Origin: a virus
Lineage: Duplodnaviria > Caudoviricetes
Length of the DNA stretch: 52,037 nucleotides
Direction: 5' to 3' (one strand)
Virus record (IMG/VR): IMGVR_UViG_3300036828_000332
Coordinates: 1 to 52,037 of that record
This document shows, one piece after another, positions 36,650-46,263 of this stretch (positions are counted from its first letter, which is position 1; each line of letters opens with the position of its first letter). The notes beneath the pieces are model-generated. The model was not told the DNA's origin. It made no database searches and saw nothing but the letters and a program-made list of their open reading frames with translations. A program made the translations under genes and the position numbers.

Positions 36650-37672
36650 TTACTGGACCTTGGCCGCCAAACTGGCATTGGGCCGGAATGGAACCATCAG
36701 AGGCGCGGATTGCAGCATCACATAGCGCACGCTCGGATCGTACTGAATCCAACTCTTTACGTAGTACGGCACGGGCTGCAGGCCGATTTCTTCGTCCCGG
36801 ATCGCGCCATATGCCTGCACGCCTTCGAGAGACGGAGAAACCATGAGCACGGTCCCCACGGGCAGAATCGGCTTTTCTGTCCCGGTCGCCGGGTCGACAT
36901 ACCAGCCGCTATAGACGAAGATGTTGAAGCCTTCGATGGTGCCCATCTGCACGCCGCCTTCGGTGACTTGCGCGGTGGGCTGCATCGACGGCAGGTCCGT
37001 ATAACGCCGGAAGATATTCAATACGTTGGTGATGCCTGCATCGGCGCGGAAGGTTTTCCACACATCCACCGTCATGATGACGTCGTTGGGGAAAACGCCG
37101 GTGTCCTCCAGACAGATTTGCGCCCAGTCCTGCAAGTTATCAAGGATCTTGGCCGACCCGGAATTCCACAATGGATTGGCCGTAAAGGTGTGCGAGGCGG
37201 AGCGTAAAAAGTCTACTACCTGCGTAGGGTACTTATCGCCCGCGATGGTGGATTTGCCGCTTGCCAGCACCTCACCGCACATGACCTCCAGCCGGCGCCG
37301 CAGAATGGTCAATTGATCCTGCATATCGAAGGCGATGAGCGCCCGCACGCGGTCGGCTGGCGACATAGTGCCGCCGATCTGCTCACCGGCCATGCGTTTC
37401 AAGGGCCGGTTCATATCGAACACGCGCTTGTCCTTGATGTAGGCCGGGGTGAAGGTGTTGGTGACGAAGCCCTGGGATGCGACCACTTGACCTTCCACGA
37501 GGGGCGAGACGAAAGGCGCGACGCGCCGCTTGCCCTGGATCACGTCAAAGTGGATCTGCTCGCTTGATTCGGCTTGCGTGATCCCGAAATACCGATCCAG
37601 CAAAAACTGTGGGTTGCCCAGTAAGCTCTGGAGAACGGCAGTCAATACGTCCGTACTAAAGACATCAGCCAT
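36650..37672 (-). CDS. Major capsid protein (lambda gpE family)
   Basis: VAPFVSP, PAYIKDK and LQSAPL motifs. Confidence 0.95.
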   Translation of the reverse strand: MADVFSTDVLTAVLQSLLGNPQFLLDRYFGITQAESSEQIHFDVIQGKRRVAPFVSPLVEGQVVASQGFVTNTFTPAYIKDKRVFDMNRPLKRMAGEQIGGTMSPADRVRALIAFDMQDQLTILRRRLEVMCGEVLASGKSTIAGDKYPTQVVDFLRSASHTFTANPLWNSGSAKILDNLQDWAQICLEDTGVFPNDVIMTVDVWKTFRADAGITNVLNIFRRYTDLPSMQPTAQVTEGGVQMGTIEGFNIFVYSGWYVDPATGTEKPILPVGTVLMVSPSLEGVQAYGAIRDEEIGLQPVPYYVKSWIQYDPSVRYVMLQSAPLMVPFRPNASLAAKVQ

Positions 37673-37765
37673 TTGGCGGAACTCCATTCAACTGGGGGCG
37701 AGATCGAGAGGGTATGCGACGCGCCGCCTGTGCCAGAGGATCGGCGCGTCACGCTTGCGGGGCTT

Positions 37766-38410
37766 TTAATGCTTGGGGTTAGGAACGGCTGGATTCGGCT
37801 TGGCCTGGTCCTTGGACTTGTCATGCTCCTTCTTGGCTTCTGTTGCCGACTCGGCTTCCAGCTTTTTCTCCTCGGCCTGTAGTTGCTCGATTTGCTGGCG
37901 GTCCTTCTCCACTTGCGCCTCCAATCGGCGCAACTCGTCCCGCAGGCTTTCCTTGGGGGCCACCTGTGGCAGCGGGCCGCCTGTCGCCGGAAGTCCGGTC
38001 ATGGGAACCAACAGGCCTGAGCGCTGCTCGACGGTGAGGACGTAAATCCCGGTATCCCAGAGTTGCGCCACATCGAGAGCCGCACCTTGCGAGGTGAAGG
38101 TCATGGCGGTATCGAGGAACTTACCCTGCGTGTAGACCAGCCCGGTGAGATTCCCGGCTGTGACGTCAATGTCGGCTGCCAGAATGCAGCGGGCTACCAA
38201 TCCGGTGGCGAAGACGGGCGTGAGCACCGTGGTGCCAGTGATGGGCGTACCGATGGCCGGGCCGAATAATACCGTGCCGTGGGTAAGCGCAGCAGCGCCC
38301 CCGATTAGGGCACTCTGCGAAATAGTTTCCGCCGCGGGAAGCGGGTCGAAAGTGTAAGTGTTGGCCGTAAAGCTGGCCTTCGAGATCGGGGACGTGGGAA
38401 GTGTTGCCAT
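37766..38410 (-). CDS. Head decoration protein (gpD-like) with charged C-terminal extension
   Basis: Between protease and capsid; ILAADID...VYTQGKF pattern. Confidence 0.75.
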   Translation of the reverse strand: MATLPTSPISKASFTANTYTFDPLPAAETISQSALIGGAAALTHGTVLFGPAIGTPITGTTVLTPVFATGLVARCILAADIDVTAGNLTGLVYTQGKFLDTAMTFTSQGAALDVAQLWDTGIYVLTVEQRSGLLVPMTGLPATGGPLPQVAPKESLRDELRRLEAQVEKDRQQIEQLQAEEKKLEAESATEAKKEHDKSKDQAKPNPAVPNPKH

Positions 38411-38428
38411 GTGTCAGTTCTCCTTTCG

Positions 38429-39850
38429 TTACTGGATGTGAGCGTGCTTGCGGTCCTTCGGCACGAAGGCCAGGATACGCTGCGCCTCTGCGGCTGGACT
38501 GGCATTGTCGTGTTCTTCGCCCGGGACGCCCACCTGCGGGTTCGGAATCTGGCCCATGCGGGTGTGGAATCCGGTGGTAGCCTTGGCCACGGGAGCGGCT
38601 AGGAGCAGCTTCTTGGCGGCCTCGGGACTGTGGTTGGTTTCAAGGGCCAGAGCACGGGCCAACTCTTCCCGGCCCTTGGCTTCCTCGCTAGTTAAGATTG
38701 CAGCGATCCGCTGCCGGTCTTCAGTTGGCGTTAGCACGTCGTCACTATCTCCTTCTGGGCTGGAACCGGATGCGGCTTCCTTTTCCCTGCCCTCATCATC
38801 TTCATCGTCATCTTCCTCGTCGTCATCATCCTCTTCGCCGCCGTCATCCTGTTCGTCCTCTTTGACGCCATCCTTTTCGGATTGAGTATCGAGAGCGGGA
38901 GGTGGGGTGCAGTCCTGTTCGTTGTTGATCTGCTCCTCATCCGTCTCCTCTTCCAACTCTTCCTCGTCGAAGGGGCCATCCGCCTGGGCTTTCACGCGCA
39001 ACCCGGGCTTGTCGCGGATCTGCCGGATGGGCGCGCCGGAGCCGTCGCCGCCCCGCAGCACGCCTTGCAACGACCCAATCTCATCCGCCATGCCTGCCGC
39101 GACCGCCGCGGGAGCCATAACGACGGCACCCTTGCCGAAATCGCTCTCCACCTTCTCGGGAGTCGTGCCGCGAAACTGGGCCACCTTGCCGATGAACACC
39201 TGCGCCATCGCATCCACCATCGACTGGAGTTGCGCCCGTCCTTCATCGGTCCCCGGATCGGTGCGCTTGAGCGGGCTCTGCGACGAGACTACATCGTAAC
39301 GCTTGAGGCCCGATTTCTGTTCCGATCCGGAGGCGTCGATTACCGTGGCAAGTACTCCGATAGAGCCCAGTTGCGCTGTTTCGTCGGCCACGATTTTTCC
39401 CGCCGCCGCCGCCAGCCAGTAAGCGCCGGAAGCACCCAGGCCGCCCACGTAGGCTGTCACGGGTTTTTGGGAGTTGGCCGCGCGGATGGAATTCGCCAAT
39501 TCGTTGATGCCGTCGATCTGACCACCGGGCGAGTTAATCGAGAGCACGATGGATTTCACCAGGGGATCGTCGAGCGCCGACTGGAGCCCCGCCGATGCTT
39601 CCTCGACAGAGGTGCCACCAAGGAGCCACGTCCAGATGGAGCGATACCGGAACAGCGTGCCGCGAATGTCCACCACGGCGGTTCCGTTATAGCTGGGAAT
39701 ATCGGTATCCATCGAGGCGGCGTTGAGGCGCGCTGCGGCCTCGAAATCGGGGTGCTCGGCCACGCGGCACATCATCTCCATCGCGTCCGGCGTGATGGCC
39801 CACGGCCTGTCGCTGAAAACTTCCATCGCAAGGGGCATTTGGTCGGGCAT
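38429..39850 (-). CDS. S49 prohead protease / scaffold (gpC/Nu3-like)
   Basis: INSPGG, ASGAYWLA and GSIGV motifs; acidic linker; ERxRIAAIL-like scaffold end. Confidence 0.92.
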   Translation of the reverse strand: MPDQMPLAMEVFSDRPWAITPDAMEMMCRVAEHPDFEAAARLNAASMDTDIPSYNGTAVVDIRGTLFRYRSIWTWLLGGTSVEEASAGLQSALDDPLVKSIVLSINSPGGQIDGINELANSIRAANSQKPVTAYVGGLGASGAYWLAAAAGKIVADETAQLGSIGVLATVIDASGSEQKSGLKRYDVVSSQSPLKRTDPGTDEGRAQLQSMVDAMAQVFIGKVAQFRGTTPEKVESDFGKGAVVMAPAAVAAGMADEIGSLQGVLRGGDGSGAPIRQIRDKPGLRVKAQADGPFDEEELEEETDEEQINNEQDCTPPPALDTQSEKDGVKEDEQDDGGEEDDDDEEDDDEDDEGREKEAASGSSPEGDSDDVLTPTEDRQRIAAILTSEEAKGREELARALALETNHSPEAAKKLLLAAPVAKATTGFHTRMGQIPNPQVGVPGEEHDNASPAAEAQRILAFVPKDRKHAHIQ

Positions 39851-39853
39851 TGT

Positions 39854-41521
39854 CTACACCACCTCCCGGAGCGGCGTTTCTTCTGGTTGTGCCGGGAATC
39901 CCGGCGACTTCTGCGGCATGGTTGGCTCCTGCCAGAGACCGGCCTCCTGCAGGCGTTTCTTTTCAATCTGCCGCTGGTCGATCACGTCGTTATAGTCGAG
40001 GCCTTGCTCGGCGCATTCGATCTCCAGCGTCGAGATGCCGGTAAACATCCGCACTTGCGCGGCTTCGGCTTCCTTCACCGGATCGATCCAACCCCGGCCT
40101 GGGCCGATCCACTTGGCGCGCGTGTAGAAGGTCCGCTGCGCATAGAAGTCGGGAGCTTCGATCAGCCCCGCGTTCACGGCTTCCTCGAACCAGAGTTCAT
40201 ATACCGGCTGCGCCCAATACGTGGTGAGCCAGGAGCGCCGTGTGGTGAAGTATCGCCAGGACTCCAGGAGTGCCGCCCGCGCGCTGGAATAGTTCGTTTT
40301 CGAGTAATCCTTCATCACCTGCTCGTAGGGCAGGCCCATCGAAAGACCGATCTGCCGGAGCACAAATTCGGAGAACGCGGCGAACTGCGGAGCCGGCCGG
40401 TCGGGTGCGAATGGCACCATCTTATCGCCCGGGTAGAGCGGAATGAAGGTGCCGCCTTCAAGCTGCACGCGGTACTCGTTCTTGGCTGCCAGATAGCCAT
40501 TGGCGTCGCCGCCCACCATTTCCGCCAGGGTCGACGGATCGAGGGGTGTCTCGATGATTCCCGCGACTAGCGCATTGACGATGGCCGATTGCAGTTCCGC
40601 CCGCTGGTAGCTGTCGAGCATGCGGAACTGTTCCAGAACCGGAGCGAGCAGCGGCTTGCCGCGCGTCTGGTCCACGCGATCCGGCGTGTAGACGTGAATT
40701 ACCCGCTTACGGCCCCAGTCGGTTTCAGCCGGGATACATTCCCACTCGCCTGCGATGCCGCCGATAGCGGGAAAGAACATGGCCGGCCAAGTGGAAATCT
40801 TGCGGATGTGGTAAGCCGTGGGGCGTCCGTAGAGGTCCATCTCGATGCCGCCGCGCAGGCAGAGCGTTGGTGTCATGTTGGCAGGATTCGATAAGCGGTC
40901 GGTATCCACCAACTGGAAACAGGTCTTGAAGGGCGAGGTTTGCGGGCGGTCGATCCAAAGCGGCAGCGCCAGACCTTCCCCGTTCTGCAGCACGGAGCGG
41001 AACATCAGCGTTGTCAGGCCGGTAAAGGTGAGCTTGCCCGCTACATCGATAGCCGTGGTATCGGCCCAGGCTTTCCATTGCGACTCGACGGAGCGGCCCC
41101 ATTCCTCGCCCCAGTCGGCATCCTTGCCCAGAGCCCGGTAGTCGGGCCACGCCGAGAGACGCAAGGCGGTCCCAATTACGTTATCGAGGATGGTCTGAAA
41201 TGCCCCTGCCGCCACGCCCGTGTTGCGGTCCAGATCGCGCGACCGGGCCACGAGCGTGCCCATGTCGCTGAGGAGTTCCGCGTCGGCAGCGGCGCGGATC
41301 GGCAGCCAGTTGGACATCTGCTTGCGGATCCACGAGGCCCCGGTGTAGGGTGTGTCGCGGTAGCCGTAGCGCCCGTAGCCGTAGCCCATGCCGTAGTTCC
41401 ATGCGCCGTCTGAGGATTGGCCGCGCAGGCCGCCGAAGAGGCGTGAAAGGAACCCCGGCTTCTTGGCTAGATGCTCCAGCGGGTTGGGCGATGGCGGTGT
41501 TGGGGGCTGCTCGGGTGACAT
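39854..41521 (-). CDS. Portal protein (lambda gpB family)
   Basis: RSRDLDRN, QTRG, NYSSARA and GWIDPVKEA motifs. Confidence 0.95.
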   Translation of the reverse strand: MSPEQPPTPPSPNPLEHLAKKPGFLSRLFGGLRGQSSDGAWNYGMGYGYGRYGYRDTPYTGASWIRKQMSNWLPIRAAADAELLSDMGTLVARSRDLDRNTGVAAGAFQTILDNVIGTALRLSAWPDYRALGKDADWGEEWGRSVESQWKAWADTTAIDVAGKLTFTGLTTLMFRSVLQNGEGLALPLWIDRPQTSPFKTCFQLVDTDRLSNPANMTPTLCLRGGIEMDLYGRPTAYHIRKISTWPAMFFPAIGGIAGEWECIPAETDWGRKRVIHVYTPDRVDQTRGKPLLAPVLEQFRMLDSYQRAELQSAIVNALVAGIIETPLDPSTLAEMVGGDANGYLAAKNEYRVQLEGGTFIPLYPGDKMVPFAPDRPAPQFAAFSEFVLRQIGLSMGLPYEQVMKDYSKTNYSSARAALLESWRYFTTRRSWLTTYWAQPVYELWFEEAVNAGLIEAPDFYAQRTFYTRAKWIGPGRGWIDPVKEAEAAQVRMFTGISTLEIECAEQGLDYNDVIDQRQIEKKRLQEAGLWQEPTMPQKSPGFPAQPEETPLREVV

Positions 41522-41530
41522 GGTTTACTT

Positions 41531-41845
41531 CTATGGCCAGCCGTAAAAGCTGATCGGTTTGCGGACGTTCACGCCGCTGCTGCCATAGCCGCCGCTCGCG
41601 CCAGCGGTGACAACTCCATTTAGATAATCGATCAGGCGCTGCAGATCCGCCGCGCTGGTGGCGGCAAAGGTCACACGGCCCAGTTGCGGCGTTTCGACCC
41701 CGGAGGGCATCTGTCCGATGAGCAGGTTGAAATAAGCCTGCTGCGCCTGCGTGAGCATGGTTTGTGCCTGATCCGGCGTCAATCCGCGCAGGGCCACTTT
41801 CAGGTCCATGGGCATGGGCGCGTTGGCTCGATAGGGAGGCGTCAT
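41531..41845 (-). CDS. Head-tail adaptor (gpW-like)
   Basis: Between terminase and portal; AYFNLLIG...VTF...LQRLI. Confidence 0.75.
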   Translation of the reverse strand: MTPPYRANAPMPMDLKVALRGLTPDQAQTMLTQAQQAYFNLLIGQMPSGVETPQLGRVTFAATSAADLQRLIDYLNGVVTAGASGGYGSSGVNVRKPISFYGWP

Positions 41846-41848
41846 AAG

Positions 41849-44800
41849 TTACTCCAGAAAACTGTCCGTGTTGGCCCCGTGTGACCGGAACTCCGGCATG
41901 GGGGTTTGGCCCTTCGAACCCAGGCCGGTTTTCCCGCCCACAGCGGCACCCGCCCGCAGAGCGGCCTCGATATCACCCCAACGCTTATCGGTAAAGACCT
42001 CCAGGCGCAGCACCGCCGCCGCCGCGCGGGCATAGATCCGGCAGTTACCCGCGACAAATACTTGCCCGTTCCGCCTGCAGATCAATGTGCCGTTCGGCAC
42101 GGTGGCGCAATAAACCTTTCCATCATAGGCAACGGACTTTCCGATAAACCCCCGCTGCCCATTGCCGCCGCCGTCGAGGGAGGCTTTTTTCGTGTGGGCA
42201 TTCTCATGAACGTGATACTGATCTTTGGTGTTATCGCCAGAACGCCCGCGAATACTGTAGGCAGCGGCTTTGCGGATATGGATCCGCGGTGCGCAGCCAA
42301 GTTTGATAAAGAGTTCCTGGTAATCATCGGCCAAGTCTTTGCAGATGGTGGCAATCGCCCGGCACCCGTTATTCTGATTCCATCCATCCCCGGCGATGGC
42401 TGCATCTATGAAGGCCGAGATTACGTCCATACCGGACTTCTTGATCCACAGCGGAACTCGCCGCGCTTCTTGAAGGCGACCCCATTGAATAACCTCATTG
42501 TGAAGTTGTTTCGAAGTGCACGTGAATTTGTGGACACCTTCGTTCCAATTAAAGCGCCAAGGCAAGCGATCGAGCAGTTCCGCGATCACCTCGACATTCG
42601 CAGTCTTGGTCTGGGTAATCGATACGAGGCGCCGGTGCGAGCCTTCATAGTGATTGGTAATCGCCGAACCTTCAGTTATCCACCAGCCGTAGAAACTCGC
42701 CAGATCGACGGCCTTTACGTTCCGCGACGGCTCGATCTCCAGCCCGGAATCATCCTTCGAACTGGCCGGTATTGAGATGCAACACGGCCCAGTTGCGGAC
42801 CATCGTCCCGTCAGCTTGATTTGATGACGTTGCGTCAGGTCCTTGGCGAGCGTAATAGTCGGCGTTGCGGCAATGACGGCGTTCCGGTTCGGCAGGTAAG
42901 TCACCATGCGGTGATTCGGCGTTACCAAAATGTCGAGACGCCTGCCCGTAAGGTAAATCATTTCGCCTGAATGGTTTCGGCTGATGAGATCTGATGGCTT
43001 TTGAAACTCGATTGCATCGCTTTCAAGTTCCACAGTTGCTAATTTCTGGTTGGACACATTCGCAAACGGAGACCAGCCAGCATCGGTAAGCACTTCGGTT
43101 TCGCCATCGAAACAGTCGAGCGCTTCGTTGCGGTCGCGGCGCTTTTCCCATTTTGTGGTCGTGCGCCCAGCTAAGGTGTGCGTGATCAATTGCTCGGCGC
43201 ATAGTTGGTCGAAGAATTCCTTACCGTAGCCGGGAAAGTGGCAGTAGCCCGCCGGCCAAATCTCTCCGGCCGCGAGGTCCGGGACATTCAGGCGCAACGC
43301 GCGGTAGAGTTCCTCTTTGCCGATGGAGGTATTCACCGGCCACAGGCGCACGCCGCCGCGCACGATGCGGCCTCCTGCCGTGACATCCATGAACGACGGT
43401 GCGCCCACAAAGGCCGAGATGTGGGAGTGGGTTTCGCCCTTTACCGCCATCACGCTTTGCGATCCCATGCGCCTTACCCATTCGTAGACGCGCATGGTGT
43501 TGAACCCGGAATCGACGGCCAGCTTCTTAATGCGCAGCGCGCCGCCGTAAAAACTCGGGAATTCCTCATCTAGCACTTCCGCCAGCTTGGCCCACACCTC
43601 GGGCTGGTTGGTGTTGCCGTCGAACACGCGGTAATCCACGGACCAGGATTCGCGGTTGCGGCCCCAGGCAACCACCTCACATTCGATGCGGTTGACCTGC
43701 ACATCGACCCCGGCTGTGAGCACGAGCCCACCCTCGGGCACCTCGCCCATCGCATAGAGTTCGCGCCGCTCGTAGAGACGGTCTACATCCGGCACTTCGC
43801 CCTGATCGGCCCATGGCACACCGAGGACGGTGTTGTAGAAGGCCTGTAACTTCTCGGGAGACACCATGCTCTTATCCCGCATCCGCATGATCTGGGTCCA
43901 GGAGAGCCAGCCGACCGGCGAGTAATAGCTGGAGAGGTGGAAGCCCTTGGTAACGCCATCGCCCAAGCCGAGAGAACGCCACTCGCCCGCGGCTAACATG
44001 ATGGTCTTCTCGTGGTCGAAGATCTCCTTTTCGCAGTCCTGGCAGCGATAGGCCGCGCGGTGCGGCATCGCTGCGGACCATTGCAATTGCTCCGGCAGCA
44101 AGGTGATGAAGACGCCACAGCGCGGGCACGGCACGAAGTAGTAGCACTGATCCGACTGGCTGAAGAACGTTTCAATGCGGCTACGGCCTGCAATCGTGGG
44201 TGTCGACGCGATGAGGATTTTCTTGCGCCGGAAATTCGAGGTGCGCGCTATGGCCAGATCGCAGGGCTCGCCCTCACGATCCACGTTCGCCGGATAGGCG
44301 TCCACCTCATCGAGAAACAGATAGCGTGCCGCCATGGAACGCAGGCCCTTGGCGCTGTTGGCTCCCGCCAGCACCAGAATGCCGCCCAGGAACTCTTTGG
44401 CCAGAATGGTATTGCCGGAGTCGCGCTCCTTCGGAGAACGCACCAAGGTGCTCAGAATCGGACAGTCTTCGATCAAGGGACCGATGCGCTGCTTCGAGTT
44501 GCGCTTGGCCATGGTTTCGGTTGGTTGCACCACCAGCATGGGACCGGGCGCTAAATGGATCACATAGCCCATCCAGTTGATCCCGGCTTCGGTGGCGCCA
44601 ACCTGCGAGCCTTTCATGAACACCACCCGTTCGCAGGGCGATTCCGGCATCAGCGCGTCCATGATCTCGCGCAGGTAGGGCGTGCGGCTGGTGCGCCACA
44701 TACCGGGCTCCGGCGATGAGCGCGTCGTCAGAACCCGGTACTGATCCGCCCATTCGCTGATGGCCAGCTTCGGGTCGGGCCGCGCACCCATGCGGCAGGC

Positions 44801-44872
44801 TTTGACTGTAGCTTCATAGGCGTTGGCGAGACCAGGGAGGGAAGCGTGCAGCGTGTTCCCTGGCGTGATCAT
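41849..44872 (-). CDS. terL: Terminase large subunit (lambda gpA family), intein-interrupted
   Basis: RTPYLREI, KGSQVGAT, LFLDEVD, STPT, GVDVQ and RNEALDC motifs; 650 aa after intein removal. Confidence 0.96.
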   Translation of the reverse strand: MITPGNTLHASLPGLANAYEATVKACRMGARPDPKLAISEWADQYRVLTTRSSPEPGMWRTSRTPYLREIMDALMPESPCERVVFMKGSQVGATEAGINWMGYVIHLAPGPMLVVQPTETMAKRNSKQRIGPLIEDCPILSTLVRSPKERDSGNTILAKEFLGGILVLAGANSAKGLRSMAARYLFLDEVDAYPANVDREGEPCDLAIARTSNFRRKKILIASTPTIAGRSRIETFFSQSDQCYYFVPCPRCGVFITLLPEQLQWSAAMPHRAAYRCQDCEKEIFDHEKTIMLAAGEWRSLGLGDGVTKGFHLSSYYSPVGWLSWTQIMRMRDKSMVSPEKLQAFYNTVLGVPWADQGEVPDVDRLYERRELYAMGEVPEGGLVLTAGVDVQVNRIECEVVAWGRNRESWSVDYRVFDGNTNQPEVWAKLAEVLDEEFPSFYGGALRIKKLAVDSGFNTMRVYEWVRRMGSQSVMAVKGETHSHISAFVGAPSFMDVTAGGRIVRGGVRLWPVNTSIGKEELYRALRLNVPDLAAGEIWPAGYCHFPGYGKEFFDQLCAEQLITHTLAGRTTTKWEKRRDRNEALDCFDGETEVLTDAGWSPFANVSNQKLATVELESDAIEFQKPSDLISRNHSGEMIYLTGRRLDILVTPNHRMVTYLPNRNAVIAATPTITLAKDLTQRHQIKLTGRWSATGPCCISIPASSKDDSGLEIEPSRNVKAVDLASFYGWWITEGSAITNHYEGSHRRLVSITQTKTANVEVIAELLDRLPWRFNWNEGVHKFTCTSKQLHNEVIQWGRLQEARRVPLWIKKSGMDVISAFIDAAIAGDGWNQNNGCRAIATICKDLADDYQELFIKLGCAPRIHIRKAAAYSIRGRSGDNTKDQYHVHENAHTKKASLDGGGNGQRGFIGKSVAYDGKVYCATVPNGTLICRRNGQVFVAGNCRIYARAAAAVLRLEVFTDKRWGDIEAALRAGAAVGGKTGLGSKGQTPMPEFRSHGANTDSFLE
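42044..43114 (-). mobile_element. Intein (357 aa) with LAGLIDADG-type homing endonuclease
   Basis: N-terminal CFDGETEVLT, block B VTPNH, GWWITEGS and AAIAGDG motifs, C-terminal VYCATVP...AGN/C. Confidence 0.93.
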
Positions 44873-45423
44873 GCGGCCAGCTTTCCTTCCGAGTAGGCGT
44901 CGAACACCTTGCGCAGCTCATCTTCGAGCAACTGCTGGCACGCGCCGATGTTCAATTCCCCTGCCAGCAGCGGAGCGATGCGCGACGGGATGTTGAAACA
45001 CGCCTCGCGGATGGTGCGGAATTCCTGGAAGCGGGCGTTCTCGACATCCGCGGTGGGCGTGAGATTGCCGACGCGTTCCTCGTAGCGGGTCTTCTTCAGC
45101 AGCGCCTCGTAAACCTGCGTCGATGCCCTGGCGCGGGCATAGGCTGTCGAGCGTGTTTCGTCGGGCTTAGGGATATCGGCGTTGGGGATTTCCGGCAGCG
45201 TGCCGCTGAATTCCACCGGCTTTCCACCGCTGCCGCCGGACGCGGATCGGTTGTTGTGGCCCTTCTCGTGGTGCGTGGTGGCGTGGAACTCCGCCACGGC
45301 TTGATCGAGGTCGTAGAGGCCGTCCGCGCCGGGTGTAATGCGTCCCGCTTGCATGGCAATATGGACCGCCATGCGGCTGCGCTTGAGCGCCTTGGCGAGT
45401 TCGATTTCTCCCACGCGGGCCAT
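44869..45423 (-). CDS. terS: Terminase small subunit (Nu1-like)
   Basis: N-terminal HTH, coiled coil, NIPSRIAPLLA; coupled to terL. Confidence 0.85.
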   Translation of the reverse strand: MARVGEIELAKALKRSRMAVHIAMQAGRITPGADGLYDLDQAVAEFHATTHHEKGHNNRSASGGSGGKPVEFSGTLPEIPNADIPKPDETRSTAYARARASTQVYEALLKKTRYEERVGNLTPTADVENARFQEFRTIREACFNIPSRIAPLLAGELNIGACQQLLEDELRKVFDAYSEGKLAA

Positions 45424-45475
45424 CGCGCTGATTCTAACGTGGAAAACTCTCTTTCACCAAATGCTAAATTCAAGC

Positions 45476-46114
45476 ATGAGCGACGCGATGCCTCTCGACA
45501 CCCAGACTTGGCCGGCAGATCAGGTCGAGCGCTGGCCGCTCTCGAAGCTGGTCCCCTATGCGCGCAATGCCCGCACACACTCCCAGGAACAGATCCGGCA
45601 GGTGGCCGCATCCATGCGCGAATGGGGTTGGACCATCCCGGTCCTGGCCGATGATCGGGGCGGCATCATCGCAGGACACTGTAGGGTGAGTGCTGCGGAG
45701 ATAAATGGCTACGACGAAGCGCCCGTAATGGTAGCCCGCGGCTGGTCGGATGCTAAGAAACGGGCTTACATCATTGCCGATAACAAGCTGAGTCTCAATG
45801 CCGGATGGGACGAAGAACTGCTGGGTCTGGAATTGCTAGAGCTGCGCGAGAGCGGCGTCGATCTTGGATTGACCGGCTTTGCGGGCTCGGAGTTGGCAGA
45901 CCTGCTGCGCGAAGTCGAAGAGGCCCAGCCTCCGGAGTTGCCCACGGGAGAGCGCACGCCATACCGGCAGATCACCTTTACTCTGCACGATGAGCAGGCG
46001 GAATTGGTCGCGCTGGCCATCGCGGCAGCCAAAGCCAAGGGACCGTTCTCGCTGGAATTGAATGAGAACGTCAACGGCAATGCCCTGGCGCGGATCTGCG
46101 AGGCGTACTTATGA
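45476..46114 (+). CDS. ParB/Srx-like N-terminal domain protein
   Basis: LVPYARNARTHS, IIAGHCR and IADNKL motifs; C-terminal ITFTLHDEQ...NGNALARICE. Confidence 0.88.
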   Translation: MSDAMPLDTQTWPADQVERWPLSKLVPYARNARTHSQEQIRQVAASMREWGWTIPVLADDRGGIIAGHCRVSAAEINGYDEAPVMVARGWSDAKKRAYIIADNKLSLNAGWDEELLGLELLELRESGVDLGLTGFAGSELADLLREVEEAQPPELPTGERTPYRQITFTLHDEQAELVALAIAAAKAKGPFSLELNENVNGNALARICEAYL

Positions 46115-46263
46115 ATCTCTATATCGTGCTAATGCGGTCCTGGGACGGCGGTTTTCGGGTCGAGGCTATTTTCGAAACCCAGGAGTTGGCGGAGAAGCGT
46201 GGCCGGGAATTGGGAAATGAATCCAAAGTAGTGATGCTAGAAGCGGTTCTGTTCAAGTTATGA
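46111..46263 (+). CDS. Small hypothetical protein (50 aa, below the track cutoff)
   Basis: MNLYIVLMRSWDGG...; ATGA overlaps with both neighbours. Confidence 0.65.
   Translation: MNLYIVLMRSWDGGFRVEAIFETQELAEKRGRELGNESKVVMLEAVLFKL

Noticed and set aside
38882-40570. Long plus-strand ORFs opposite structural genes (also 31759-33138 and 28884-29945)
   Set aside because: Antisense shadows of GC-rich genes that have clear motifs on the minus strand
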